Shown here: piece by piece, positions 13,001 to 27,711 of the stretch
How the letters are laid out: every line of letters starts with the position of its first letter
Numbering within the stretch: the first letter of the stretch is position 1
DNA from: Macrostomum lignano
Lineage: Eukaryota
Assembly (NCBI GenBank): GCA_002269645.1
Contig: NIVC01000272.1
Coordinates: 186,001-250,000, forward strand
DNA length: 64,000 nucleotides
Direction of reading: 5' to 3'
Position numbers and translations under genes: made by a program
Notes under the pieces: model-generated
What the model saw: only the letters and a program-made list of their open reading frames with translations
What the model was told of the DNA's origin: nothing
The model's database searches: none

Positions 13001-16000
13001 GCGACTGATCACTTTTTATGCGGGGCTTCAAGTGAAAAACCTTGCCATCACACTTCTTCCGCCCCTGTCTGATCTGCTTCTGCTGCTCGCAATACCACCC
13101 TCTCCTCCCTGTCCTCCTCCCTGTCCTCCTCCCTGTCCTTCTCCCTGCCCTTCTCCCTGTCCTTCTCCCTGTCCTTCTCCCTGTCCTTCTCCCTGTCCTT
13201 CTCCCTGTCCTCCCTGTCCTCCTCCCTGTCCTCCTCCCTGCCCTTCTCCCTGTCCTTCTCCCTGTCCTCCTCCCTGTCCTCCTCCCTGTCCTCCTCCCTG
13301 TCCTTCTCCCTGTCCTTCTCCCTGTCCTCCCTGTCCTCCTCCCTGTCCTCCTCCCTGTCCTTCTCCCTGTCCTCCTCCCTGTCCTCCTCCCTGTCCTTCT
13401 CCCTGCCCTTCTCCCTGCCCTTCTCCCTGTCCTCCTCCCTGTCCTCCTCCCTGTCCTCCTCCCTGTCCTTCTCCCTGCCCTTCTCCCTGTCCTTCTCCCT
13501 GTCCTTCTCCCTGCCCTCCTCCCTGTCCTTCTCCCTGTCCTCCTCCCTGTCCTTCTCCCTGTCCTTCTCCCTGTCCTCCTCCCTGTCCTCCTCCCTGTCC
13601 TCCTCCCTGCCCTTCTCCCTGTCCTTCTCCCTGTCCTCCTCCCTGTCCTCCTCCCTGTCCTCCTCCCTGTCCTCCTCCCTGTCCTCCTCCCTGTCCTTCT
13701 CCCTGTCCTTCTCCCTGTCCTCCTCCCTGTCCTCCTCCCTGTCCTCCTCCCTGTCCTTCTCCCTGTCCTTCTCCCTGTCCTCCCTGTCCTCCTCCCTGTC
13801 CTCCTCCCTGTCCTTCTCCCTGTCCTTCTCCCTCTCCTTCTCCCTGTCCTCCTCCCTGTCCTCCTCCCTGTCCTTCTCCCTGTCCTCCTCCCTGCCCTTC
13901 TCCCTGTCCTTCTCCCTCTCCTTCTCCTTCTCTCTTTCTCTCTCTCTCTCTTTCTCTCTCTTTCTGTCTTATTGTCTCATTTCTTAATTTCTATATTCCT
14001 TCATCTCCCCCTTACTACCATTATCTCTTCTCGATTCCCACCCCTTCTGCCTCTGAACTTCCTTTCCACCCCAATCCTCCGCTCCCTCCATCCATATAGA
14101 TATCTCTCATTCTCTTAATCTTCCAATCTGTTAATCAGTAGTCAGATTCTCTTCAAAAATCCACTTTCCCGATCCCAAAAACTCCTCACTTGCCCCTCAA
14201 TCCAATCGATGGTGACGCAATCCGCGGCAGCGTATAAACTTCAAAGAGCGATCGACCAGCAGAAACGCAGCGGCCGAGCCTTGCCGCTTTTGCAACAACA
14301 AAGACATCAATTTGCTGGTTTACTCGCTGTGCTCAGGGGAGGCAATCGGATTAAAATTAATGAGAAGGGCGGATAAACAAATCGGATTTGCGCGGGGCTG
14401 AGGCAGGACGGTGAGGGATTAACGGCTGCGGTGCGGACCGGCTCTCAGATATCCCCACCGCGCAGAGCTCCCTCAGATAGCGGCAAAAATGCATTTGTAT
14501 CGCAGTAGCGACTTCCCAGAAAAATGGTTAGCCAAAATCGGTGGGTTCGATTCTCTGCTGCAGTCGCAATGGCTACCCACTGTCATCGGAGAATCTGGGA
14601 GCAAATAATTAAACTTATGAATTCAAAACCGCGCCAAAATAACGCGTTAGAATAAACCCGGAAGTCGTAGGCGGCGGCATAGGCGGCCGTTTCGATTGTC
14701 GCCTCCGAGATGAAATTCGTTTCCGCCAATCATCTGCCAGGGCGATGGCCGGCGGGGTCAATCAGGGACCCTTTGACTGCTCTGTCTGCTCTGGCCCGGC
14801 AGGCCAGGGCCCTTCATTGGCTTCTCAAAGCCGGTCCAGAGCCGGGCTCAGGCATGACGCTGCTTGAGCTATCGCGAAATTAAGGAGCGGCCTCCGTGTC
14901 CCGGAATGCCGGAAAATTCCCTTATTATTATTTCCTTATTTGCCCGCCTCCCAATTCTCGGGAGCCGAGCAGCCCAGCCTCATTTCATGCCAAATCCCCG
15001 ACAGTCCGGGGGGGGGGGCGCTGGCTGGGAAGGCAGGACAAAAAATTGGGAGCTCCCCAAGCAGCTTGTAGCAGATGGGGAAACGGGGAAATGGATACGT
15101 GAGAAGAGGGCGGATCTTATCCTCTGCATCTCATCCGATCCTCATCAGCCTGTAAGCCTGTCTGCAGTCTCTTCTGCCCCTCTTGCTGCGGCAGGCAAAG
15201 TGTGGCTGCTGGCAGGGCCTGCGGATCTGGGAGATTGCTAAATAAGCTGCTGTTGTCTTCTGGAAGCGGCCAGGCAGAACTGTTCTGGTCGAATTGCCAG
15301 GCTCCGCTGCATCTGCCGCTGGAGTCGTTGCCAGGGCGGCCGGAGCAGCTCAGCACTTTCCCCCCAGCCTGCCAGCTCGCTGGATGGCCGACTGCGCACT
15401 TCGCTGTCCCACGGCAGCTGTTCCAGCGGCCTCGGCTCGCTAATCCCCGGGCCCGGCTTCCCAGCCAGGGGAGAGAATTAATTGTCCCCTTAGAGAGCGG
15501 GGAGAGGAACTAAAAATTGCCCCCCATCACCCTGTGCGAGTGAAAGCCCGGCACTTCTTGAACTTGAAGTTGGAGAAACTCGACTGCTCCCTAGATGTAC
15601 TTTTCATTTCTCATCCTTGATTATTAACCTCCCCCGGACTGACGCCTGCAATTCGGCCAGCTTTCGGACAGCATTTCCTAATATTAAAAAACTTATTTTT
15701 AACAACTAGAAGCATAAAGTCCGTGTAAACCATTTTGTAAAAATGGATAGCAAATTTGTTCACATTGCTACTGATGGCAGTAGTGTATTTGGAAATTTAT
15801 GCGTACGAAAACTTTATTTTTAAAGCACTTCCCCTACGGCTTGACATCAGATTGCATTTAGCTCGCATCCAGTGGCTGCCGGACAAGACTAAGCACTTAA
15901 GTTATGGACCACCTTCTTGCGGGCAGCCGGGCAGCCTGCGGCCGCTCACCCTTCATCAAGGCCTGGGGAAACTGACTGATCAAAGTGGCCGTACTTGAAG

Positions 16001-19000
16001 TCTGCGGCTTCACCAAAACTGCCCTGTTCGGCTGACGGCTGAAAATCACTGTGCCGCTTACGTGCCAGTTTTGCTCTTGACAAGCTAACTTGGCCGAAAT
16101 TTATTGAGTTCAAAACCAGCTTTCATCAATTTTTCACTCATATTCGATGAGGCTTTCCTCAGACGATTGTTAGATAAGATTTGCACCTGTCAGTTGTCCC
16201 ACTCGGTGAGTGGCCGCCAAATTCCTGCGACATGCGATTAGATTAGCTTATTTGACTGGCAACCTGCTGAGCTGCTCGAATGGATTGCTAATCTAGCCTA
16301 TCATGGGTGCAGGAATAGCATGGATTGCTAATCTAGCCTATCATGGGTGCAGGAATAAAATGGATTGCTAATCTAGCCTATCAAGGGTGCAGGAATAGAA
16401 TGGATTGCTAATCTAGCCTATCATGGCTGCAGGAATAGAATGGATTGCTAATCTAGCCTATCATAGGTGCAGGAAAAGAATGGATTGCTAATCTAGCCTA
16501 TCATGGGTGCAGGAATAGAATGGATTGCTAATCTAGCCTGTCTGAGATGCAGGAATAGAATGGATTGCTAATCTAGCCTATCATGGGTGCAGGAATAGAA
16601 TGGATTGCTAATCTAGCCTATCATGGCTGCAGGAATAGAATGGATTGCTAATCTAGCCTATCATAGGTGCAGGAAAAGAATGGATTGCTAATCTAGCCTA
16701 TCATGGGTGCAGGAATAGAATGGATTGCTAATCTAGCCTATCATGGATGCAGGAATAGAATGGATTGCTAATCTAGCCTGTCTGAGATGCAGGAATAGAA
16801 TGGATAGCTAATCTAGCCTATCATGGGTGCAGGAATAGAATGGATTGCTAATCTAGCCTATCATGGGTGCAGGAATAGAATGGATTGCTAATCTAGCCTA
16901 TCATGGGTGCAGGATTAGAATGGATTGCTAATCTAGCCTATCATAGATGCAGGAATAGAATGGATTGCTAATCTAGCCTATCATGGGTGCAGGAATAGAA
17001 TGGATTGCTAATCTAGCCTATCATGGGTGCAGGAATAGAGTGGATAGCTAATCTAGCCTATCATGGGTGCAGGAATAGAATGGATTGCTAATCTAGCTTA
17101 TCATGGATGCAGGAATAGAATGGATTGCTAATCTAGCCTATCATGGGTGCAGGAATAGAATGGATTGCTAATCTAGCCTATCATGTGTGCAGGAATAGAA
17201 TGAATTGCTAATCTAGCTTATCATGGATGCAGGAATAGAATGGATTGCTAATCTAGCCTATCATGGGTGCAGGAATAGAATGGATTGCTAATCTAGCCTA
17301 CCATGGATGCGGGAATAGAATGGATTTCCAGTATACTCCGCCCCTAACTCAGTCACCCCAGCCGGCTGTCCAGTCGGACACTGGCAGTTTTGGCTAGAAG
17401 TCTGTCAGCCAATCAGCAGTCTCGCAGGGCAGGCCAGGCTGTTCAATCAACTGATAAAGGGGCCTTTCTGACGCTCTCAGCGCTCCATTCAAACCACAAA
17501 ATTCCACAAAGTTCGCGAGGAAGGAATCATGAATTTAAAAAAATTCGTCTTTTAACAAAACTTGACTGATTTCAAAACTATCAGATGGCGCCGAGGCAAA
17601 CTATTTAGAAGTGCAACTCAGAGTTGGCTGAACATCTATTAGAGCTCGGCGATGAGGCGCCGGGCAGCCTCCGAAATTGCAGCTGCCGCGCTGCTTCTGT
17701 GCGCCTCTGTGGCTGCCGTGACAAATCGTGAGTTTAACTGGGAGATACTGAGTGAGATGCTGGGGGAGATACCGAGTGCGACACAGGGGGAGACACTGGG
17801 TGAGATACTGAGTCAGACCAACATACCCTGGTAGACACACTGTGAGACACACTGGAAGACACACTGGGAGACACAATGGGAGACACACTGGGAGACACAC
17901 TGGGAGACACACTGGGAGACACACTGGGAGACACAATGAGAGACACAATGAGACACACTGGGAGACACAATGGGAGACACACTGGGAGACACAATGAGAG
18001 ACACAATGAGACACACTGGGAGACACAATGAGAGACACACTGGGAGACACACTGGGAGACACACTGGGAGACACACTGGGAGACACACTGGTAGACACAC
18101 TGTGAGACACACTGGGAGACACACTGGGAGACACACTGGGAGACACACTGGGAGACACACTTGGAGACACACTGTGAGACACACTGGGAGACACTCTGGG
18201 AGACACACTGGAAGACACACTGTGAGACACACTGGGAGACACACTGGTAGACACACTGGTAGACACACTGTGAGACACACTGTGAGACACACTGGGAGAC
18301 ACTCTGGGAGACACTCTGGGAGACACACTGGAAGACACACTGTGAGACACACTGGGAGACACACTGGGAGACACAATGAGAGACACACTGGGAGACACAC
18401 TGGGAGACACACTGGAAGACACACTGGGAGACACACTGTGAGACACACTGGGAGACACACTGGGAGACACACTGGGAGACACACTGGGAGACACACTGAG
18501 AGACACACTGTTAAACTAGCCGAGTCAAACAGAAGCAGAACAGCAGGGACAGAAGCAGAACACAGCAGGAGCAGAAGCAGAACACAGCAGGAGCAGAAGC
18601 ATAACACAGCAGGAGCAGAAGCAGAACACAGCAGGAACAGAAGCAGAACACAGCAGGAACAGAAGCAGAACACAGCAGGAACAGAAGCAGAACACAGCAG
18701 GAACAGAAGCAGAACACAGCAGGAGCAGAAGCAGAACAGCAGGAACAGAAGCAGAACACAGCAGGAGCAGAAGCAGAACAGCAGGAACAGAAGCAGAACA
18801 CAGCAGGAACAGAAGCAGAACACAGCAGGAGCAGAAGCAGAACACAGCAGGAACAGAAGCAGAACAGCAGGAACAGAAGCAGAACACAGCAGGAACAGAA
18901 GCAGAACAGCAGGAACAGAAGCAGAACACAGCAGGAGCAGAAGCATAACACAGCAGGAGCAGAAGCAGAACACAGCAGGAACAGAAGCAGAACACAGCAG

Positions 19001-22000
19001 GAACAGAAGCAGAACAGCAGGAACAGAAGCAGAACACAGCAGGAACAGAAGCAGAACAGCGGGAACAGAAGCAGAACAGCGGGAACAGAAGCAGAACAGC
19101 AGGAACAGAAGCAGAACACAGCAGGAACAGAAGCAGAACAGCAGGAACAGAAGCAGAACACAGCAGGAACAGAAGCAGAACAGCAGGAACAGAAGCAGAA
19201 CACAGCAGGAACAGAAGCAGAACAGCAGGAACAGAAGCAGAACACAGCAGGAACAGAAGCAGAACAGCAGGAACAGAAGCAGAACACAGCAGGAACAGAA
19301 GCAGAACAGCGGGAACAGAAGCAGAACAGCGGGAACAGAAGCAGAACAGCAGGAACAGAAGCAGAATAGCAGGAACAGAAGCAGAACAGCAGGAACAGAA
19401 GCAGAACAGCGGGAACAGAAGCAGAACACAGCAGGAACAGAAGCAGAACACAGCAGGAACAGAAGCAGAACACAGCAGGAACAGAAGCAGAACACAGCAG
19501 GAACAGAAGCAGAACAGCAGGAACAGAAGCAGAACACAGCAGGAACAGAAGCAGAACACAGCAGGAACAGAAGCAGAACACAGCAGGAACAGAAGCAGAA
19601 CAGCAGGAACAGAAGCAGAACAGCAGGAACAGAAGCAGAACACAGCAGGAACAGAAGCAGAACAGCAGGAACAGAAGCAGAACACAGCAGGAACAGAAGC
19701 AGAACAGCAGGAACAGAAGCAGAACAACAGGAACAGAAGCAGAACAGCAGGAACAGAAGCAGAACACAGCAGCCCGCATCCGGCTGTGCAGCGACTCGCT
19801 ATCGTCGCTCACGGCCCTGCAAGCGGGCCCCCTAGATCAGCGCACCGAGAGTGGCCTCTCCTGCTGGCGTTTCCTCATCAGCCTGGGCACCTGCGACCTC
19901 AATGATATTGACCTCGCCTGGGTCCCTGCCCACTGCGGCATACCCGCTAACGAAGCCGCGGACAGAGCTGCGAACGCCGCAGCCCGCTTGCCGCAAACCA
20001 CGGCTGCCATTTCGCTGGGCGCTGCCAAGGCTGCCATCCGCCGTGACCGCCGTGCGCTGGACGACAGCGCTATGCCCCCGGCCTGGCCAACCTTCCACGC
20101 TAGAAGCCGGACCGAGCACACGGCGGTCTGCCAACTCCGAGCCGGTGCCTCAATGCTCGCCGCCGAGGTCCGACACCGTTTCGGCCTGACGGACTCCCCG
20201 CTCTGCCAGGACTGCGGGGCACCGGACTCGAGCCTGCACGCGATCTACAGCTGCCCGAGGGGGGACGCGCACCGCACTCGCCTGGTCGGCACTGAAGTGG
20301 AGCGCCTCCTTACCGAACCGGGCTTGGCCCTCTCGCTCCTCCGGAACATGGGGCGTTGGCCCCCGTCTATTTCGGCGCCGCCGCGCCGCTGACGAGCGCT
20401 GAAGAAGAAAGAAAAAAAGAACACAGCAGGAACAGAAGCAGAACAGCAGGAACAGAAGCAGAACAGCAGGAACAGAAGCAGAACAGCAGGAACAGAAGCA
20501 GAACACAGCAGGAACAGAAGCAGAACAGCAGGAACAGAAGCACGCGCAGAACTGCAAACAGTGCTACAAACTGTTTTAAAGTTCAACTAGGTCACCGCAG
20601 CCTCAGCTGCTGGGTCTAAGCCGTGGGAATCCTGCTGGCTCCCTGAGGTGTTTTCTTGCAGTCCAAAGGAAAACTGGCCCTGTGAATTGCAGCCTCATGC
20701 TGGATTCCCTTTTACGAAACGTTTCACTCCCCGAAGCGAGGCAATCGAAGCTCACTGGGCAGCTCAAAAGTGCTCGCTACTCATGCGGCTGAGCAGCTGG
20801 CTTCGCTACTCTCTCGCAGGGGAGGGGGGCTTTGACATAACGATTTCTTCAGCCGTTATGTCTGCTTTCACAAGAGCTTCTTTTAGTAGAGTTTCCATAT
20901 CCTTTTCTTTCGCAGCCCGTCAGTCACCCTGCTGTTCAGTTGACTGCGAAGGGGGGGGGGCTCAGCGCCTCCCGAGTGACATATGGCGAGCCAAGTGCCG
21001 GCTCCGAGGCGCTGAGGGGGAAATTATTATGGGAATATCCTCGCCCCTCCCCCAAGCGCCCAGCCAATTCGCGCGGGTCCACCGTGGGGTGTTTATTTAT
21101 CGACTAATTGCACCTTGCAGCTCCGGCGCCTCCCCCCGGAGACTACGGGGAGAATTCTCCCCTCCGATCCGTAGCGCGCCCCCCCCCGCACTTCGATGGG
21201 ACTTATTTCTCTCAGGATCGACATTTAAGGGTCAATTTTGGCGGCCTGACAGGGCGAGGCAGCGGTGCAGCTCCTCATTAGGGGTTATCAATCAGGTGTG
21301 GGCCCCGGCAACCGGTTGTCACTGATCAGAGAATCGGGGAACAGGTGCAGCTCCTCACACCCGCCCGAATCCCACAGCTCCGGTGGGCCCCCGGGTTAGC
21401 TTAAAAGTACATTTCAGCGAGACGTCCCGCCAGCCCCCCAGGCTGTCAGGGGCGGCGCAGCGCTGGATTGTAGCGAAAATTGTGAATTCGAAATCGATTG
21501 AAACACCTGGCCTGCAGGGGCGCTCGGCCCCCGGCATCCGTCCGCGCACCGTCACTGCAGGCTTCAAAAAGACTAACTTAGTTTGAAATCTATTTTTTAT
21601 CTGTTGCTTTGGCTATTTCATCTCGGAACAACAGTCATTTCTGCTACTGCACTTGTGCCTGTGCTGTGCGCCAGCATCAGTTGAGCAGTTTTGAGTCTCC
21701 GCCGCGCGGATCACCGCGGCCTCAGCCAGGTCCGATGGGCCCCAGCTGGCCCGATCGCGCAGAGAGCCGTCGCCGCGGTTTTGGCTGAAGCTGATCAATA
21801 ATGCAGGCGCGGCAATGTTTGGCCAGAAAACAGCAGCATGACCGGACCGCCCCCTCCCGCCGGCTCCTGCGCGTCCTCTGCGCTTAAATAAAACTGTACA
21901 GAGCTTTGCAGTCTGAAACATGACTGAAAAACAGCGCGCTTTGCGGAGCCATAAAATTTAGCGTGGGGGCTGGGCGCTGAGATTCTAAGGGGGTGGGGGG

Positions 22001-25000
22001 GGCAAATTAAAACTGATAGTTCGGGTTGTAAATATGCTCAGCTGAGGGAAGAGACACTGGTGTGCCACCGGTAGATTCTGGGAGACACACTGGGAGACAC
22101 ACTGGGAAACACAATGAGAGACACACTGGCAGACACAATGAGAGACACACTGGCAGACACAATGAGAGAAACAATGAGAGACACAATGAGAGACACACTG
22201 GGAGACACACTGGGAGACACACTGGGAGACACACTGGGAGACACAATGAGAGACACACTGGGAGACACAATGAGAGACACACTGGAAGAGACACTGGGAG
22301 ACACACTGTGAGACACACTGTGAGACACACTGGGAGACACACTGGGAGACACAATGGGAGACACACTGGGAGACACATTGGGAGACACACTGGGAGACAC
22401 ACTGGGAGACACACTGTGAGACACACTGGGAGACACACTGTGAGACACACTGGGAGACACAATGGGAGACACACTGGGAGACACACTAGGAGACACACAG
22501 GGAGACACACTGGAAGACACACTGGGAGACACACTGTGAGACACACTGTGAGACACACTGGGAGACACACTGGGAGACACAATGGGAGACACACTGGGAG
22601 ACACAATGGAAGAGACACTGGGAGACACACTGTGAGACACACTGTGAGACACACTGGGAGACACACTGGGAGACACAATGGGAGACACACTGGGAGACAC
22701 AATGGGAGACACACTGGGAGACACACTGGGAGACACACTGGGAGACACACTGGGAGACACACTGGCAGACACACTGGCAGACACACTGGGAGACACACTG
22801 GGAGACACACTGGGAGACACACTGGGAGACACACTGGGAGACACACTAGGAGACACACTGGGAGATACACTGGGAGATACACTGGGAGACACACTGGGAG
22901 ACACACTGGGAGACACACTGGGAGACACACTGGGAGAGACACAATGAGAGACACACTTGGAGACACACTGGGAGACACAATGAGAGACACACTGGGAGAC
23001 ACACTGGGAGAGACACAATGAGAGACACAATGAGAGACACACTGGGAGACACACTGGGAGACACACTGGGAGAGACACAATGAGAGACACAATGAGAGAC
23101 ACACTGGGAGACACAATGGGAGACACAATGAGAGACACAATGAGAGACACAATGGGAGACACAATGGGAGACACAATGAGAGACACAATGAGACACACTG
23201 GGAGACACACTGGGAGACACAATGAGAGACACACTGGGAGACACAATGGGAGACACAATGAGAGACACAATGAGAGACACAATGGGAGACACAATGAGAG
23301 ACACAATGAGACACACTGGGAGACACACTGGGAGACACAATGAGAGACGCAATGAGACACACTGGGAGACACACTGGGAGAAAAGCAAAAAAGAGATCAA
23401 TAAGCGGCTTCCCCTTCAATTGAGGCATCGCCGACCCAATCAGCCCCGGCCAGCATCGGGCCGGACGTCTCCAGTTTGATGTGCTTGCCGCATTTCCTAA
23501 TTAAATAAGCGAGCACTATAGAAAACGGATGAGGCAGACTGAATTTTTTATACTTTGTTCCAAGCGTCTGATTTATCTGAAATTCTTTAAAAAATTTCTT
23601 GAAGTTTCTGCCAGCGCCGTCCTCCCATCGCCCTGCCCTCCCCCCGTGTCAGCCGTGGCTCAGGGGAGTTTTGCTAACTGATTGAGTTTCCCAGCATTAA
23701 GTCTGAAAGTTATTGCTGCGGGAGAGCTCGATGAAAACTTTCTCTCCATCCATATATTTTTGAGCGAAGCACTTTCCATATTTTCATAAGCCGCGAATTC
23801 CCCAGTTGGGGGGAGAAAGACTCTCCAGCTCGGGAAAATATCAAATGTGATGAGGCAGAGTCTGGACCATCCCCTAGCCTATTGGCCTCATAATTCACGA
23901 GCTCTGGTCGGGTCCGTGAAGTGTAGCCGAACTCGAGAACGCAGGGTCATCGGGTGAGCATCCCGAAGTCTTCGGAAGTGTTATCAGCCGAGAGGCTGCC
24001 GGGGGCTCCTTCATCGCTTTAATTTGCTAATGGCGCCCAGCAGAAACTGAAGCTCAGTCTCTGGAGTTTTTCTTTTTCTTTGCCTATCGCTTTTCTATCC
24101 GGCCCTCCCAGCCTCTGTTTGTTCCTCCCCTGCCGCTGTTTGCCCAGCAACACCGACCCAAGCCAACTTGTTGCCGGGCGCCGCTTGCAGTCAGGCAGGC
24201 AGCCACAGACTCGCGGCTGCTTCACTTCCTTCTCCCCTCTCTCCCTTTCTCCCCTGCAGTTCGCGAGGAGACGCCGACAACCTTTGATGGTCGCGGCTTC
24301 ATCTACCTGGACCTCAGCTCGGATGCGCTGGGCATCTACGGCAACTCCGACACCATCAGCCTGATGTACCGGACGAGGCAGAGGTCTGCCTTCCTCATCT
24401 ATGCCGGTGAGTTGGTGGGATTCAGAGTCCGGGATGTGGGATTCAGAATCTGGGACGTGGGATTGAGTATCCGGGATGTGGGATTCAGAATCTGGGATGT
24501 GGGATTGAGAATCTGGGATGTGGGATTGAGAATCTGGGATGTGGGATTGAGTATCCGGTATGTGGGATTTAGAATCCGGGGTGTGGGAGTCAGCATCCGG
24601 GATGTGGGATTTAGAATCCGGTATGTGGGATTTAGAATCCGGGGTGTGGGAGTCAGCATCCGGGATGTGGGATTGAGAATCCGGGATGTGGGATTGAGAA
24701 TCCGGGATGTGGGATTGAGAATCCGGGATGTGGGATTGAGAATCCGGGATGTGGGATTGAGATCACTACGGGATGTGGGATTGAGAATCTGGGACATGGG
24801 ATTCGTAATCCGGGATGTGGGATTGAGAATCCGGGATGTGGGATTGAGAATCTGGGACGTGGGATTCGGAATCCGGGATGTGGGATTCAGAATCTGAGGT
24901 TTGGGATTTAGACAGCTTATAGATTTGCTTGCAGAGCTGGTCTCAGCTTCTCTTGGCCACTGCTCCCTTTGACTGACAATTTAGTTCGCTAAAACTTGCA

Positions 25001-27658
25001 AACAGAAAAGATTTTGAACGCTACTCCTTATTCCCCAATCGCCCCTCCTAATCTGGTTGTTAAGCTGCATCCCCCTTTACCAGCAGCTTCGCAGGTCCCC
25101 AGGAAGCAGCTGGGCAAACAGCTCTCTAAGCCTGGCCGGTCCCGAAGGAAAAAGAGGGGAGTAAAATAGGGAGAGGGATGGCGAGGAAGCTGGGGATCTG
25201 CAGCTTGTAGCCAACAGCCCCCAGTGCGCCGGACCTCAGCGCCAAGGGTTGAAAGGATGGCGGGTCTCCGCAGCTTCATCTGTATCGCTCAATCCGGTCT
25301 CACGCGAGGCTGCCGGAGCAGTCCCGGCAGCGGTGCCCCCCCCCCCTGTTGTTGCTGCCGCTCGGCGCGGTTGTCAGGCCGGGTGAGAAGAAAAAGAGGA
25401 AGAAGCGCTCACTCACACTCTGAGCTCCTTTACGAGCCAAGAAGACTCGGATGGGGAAGGCGCGGGCGGAAGCGGAGGCTGGATGGATCCTCCCCTGTAG
25501 TAGCCAGGAGGCTGCAGCGGGGATCAAAGCTCGCTACACTTTTATTATCGAATACTCGAGCGCCGCAAGGCTGAGGCTCGAGGGCTGCGGCGGGGGGGGG
25601 GGGGCTCCGACCCCGGGAAATTGCGGGCTGCGGCCCGGCGTGATGGAAATTAACCGGAGAGTGAAAAACTTTGCCGAGATGCCGCAGCCGAATTCTTGGA
25701 GCCCTAAAAAATTGCGCAGATCCTGACTATTAATCCCGAATTGCTGGCGTTTTCTGCGGAATTTTCTAGGAACTTGAAGACATGAAAATTCGAATTTTTG
25801 CTTCATTTTCACCTTGCGTGTGCTTTGCTACAGTGACCTGTCTGACCACGGCATGCAACTGCCCCACACCTCAGCTACCCCACACCCTAGCTACTCCACA
25901 CCCCAGCTACCCCACACCTCAGCTACCCCATACCTCAGCTACCCCACACCCCAGCTACTCCACACCCCAGCTACCCCACACCCCAGCTACCCCACACCCC
26001 AGCTAACCCACACACCCCAGCTACCCCACACTCCAGCTACCCCACACCTCAGCTACCCCACACCCCAGCTACCCCACACCCCAGCTACCCCACACCCCAG
26101 CTACCCACACCCCAGCTACCCCACACCCCAGCTACCCCACACCCCAGCTACCCCACACCCCAGCTACCCCACACCCCAGCTACCCCACACCCCAGCTACT
26201 CCACACCCCAGCTACCCCACACCTCAGCTACCCCACACCCCAGCTACCCCACACCCCAGCTACCCCACACCCCAGCTACCCCACACCTCAGCTACCCCAC
26301 ACCCCAGCTACCCCACACCCCAGCTAACCCACACACTTCAGCTACCCCACACCCCAGCTACCCCACACCCCAGCTACCCCACACCCCAGCTACCCCACAC
26401 CCCAGCTAACCCACACCTCAGCTACCCCACACCCCAGCTACCCCACACCCAGCTAACCCACACACCTCAGCTACCCCACACCCCAGCTACCCCACACCCC
26501 AGCTAACCCACACACCCCAGCTACCCCACACCCAGCTACCCCACACCTCAGCTACCCCACACCCCAGCTAACCCACACACCCCAGCTACCCCACACCCCA
26601 GCTACCCCACACCCCAGCTACCCCACACCCCAGCTACCCCACACCTCAGCTACCCCACACCCCAGCTAACCCACACACCCCAGCTACCCCACACCCCAGC
26701 TAACCCACACACCCCAGCTACCCCACACCCCAGCTACCCCACACCTCAGCTACCCCACACCCCAGCTAACCCACACACCCCAGCTACCCCACACCCAGCT
26801 ACCCCACACCCCAGCTAACCCACACCCCAGAATTCCACGCCTCTCAGCATAAAAGATTCCGGAAGTCCCAAGCAAGCAGCCTAGTTGAAATTATTCCCCA
26901 TCTTTCTGAAATCCCCGCCCCCGCTTTCTTCTCCTGCCGCAGGCTCCGCCCGCCAGCCGCCGCAGGGCCTGGACAGGCGCGACTTCATCGCCCTCAGCCT
27001 CCGGAACGGCAGCCTCTTCCTGGACATGTCCGTCAACCGTGTCGGCCGCAATGTGACCATCCGGCCGTCCCAGCCAGATCAGTTCTCGGACAGCCGCTGG
27101 CACCGCCTGCTGGTCAAGCGCAACTACGAGAAGGTAAGCAGAGCCAGCTTGAGCACTCAACTGAGTCCGCAGCATTTTTTAACTCCCCGGAAGGAAGCTG
27201 AGCGGGCAGTTGCTAAGCGGGCTGGCTGCCATTCTTGAGGCTGCCATTTTCTGTACCCGGCTGCACTGCTCAGTTTTGGCCGGAGTCCTCTGGAAGCCAC
27301 TCTCTACTTCAAACAGAATCCCCCCAGAGCTCGCCACCCACACTATGGGATCAAACAGCAGGGGAGGCCCAGACAGAGAAGAATCGGGGAGAAAAAGAGA
27401 GCCAGGCCGAGATGGCCAATGATGAGGTAGTGGGAAACTTATCCCATCCAAAAAAATCATTTGGGATTTCTGAGCACAGGGCACTGGGCATTGGGCACTG
27501 ATCTTTCATCCCGCATAATCCAATAAGTGCCAAACAGACAGACAGAAGCCACTGCGCAAAAAAATCCCGAGCATGGGAGAAATTTGCAGCTACAGTCCGG
27601 CTGCTCAGCCAAAGAAATGCAGCAGCCGATCTCGCCAGAAAATTTGCGGGCAACATCC

Positions 27659-27711
<53 letters not shown>

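Noticed and set aside
13032-14118. Cys/Pro-rich (CPPP/CPSP)n ORF resembling an extensin or metallothionein-like protein
   Set aside because: It is a 12-bp minisatellite open in multiple frames, with no convincing start or splice context.
14525-14554. tRNA-like B-box GGTTCGATTC with an upstream TGGTTAG
   Set aside because: Spacing is too short and no cloverleaf or acceptor stem can be formed.
16281-17325. CRISPR-like regular repeats (also 1728..2158 and 38215..38697)
   Set aside because: Units are contiguous with no unique spacers, there are no cas genes, and the context is eukaryotic intron or flank.
17813-19835. 433-621 aa ORFs on both strands
   Set aside because: These are satellite translations. 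Only the downstream frame 19778..20392 is genuine (LINE).
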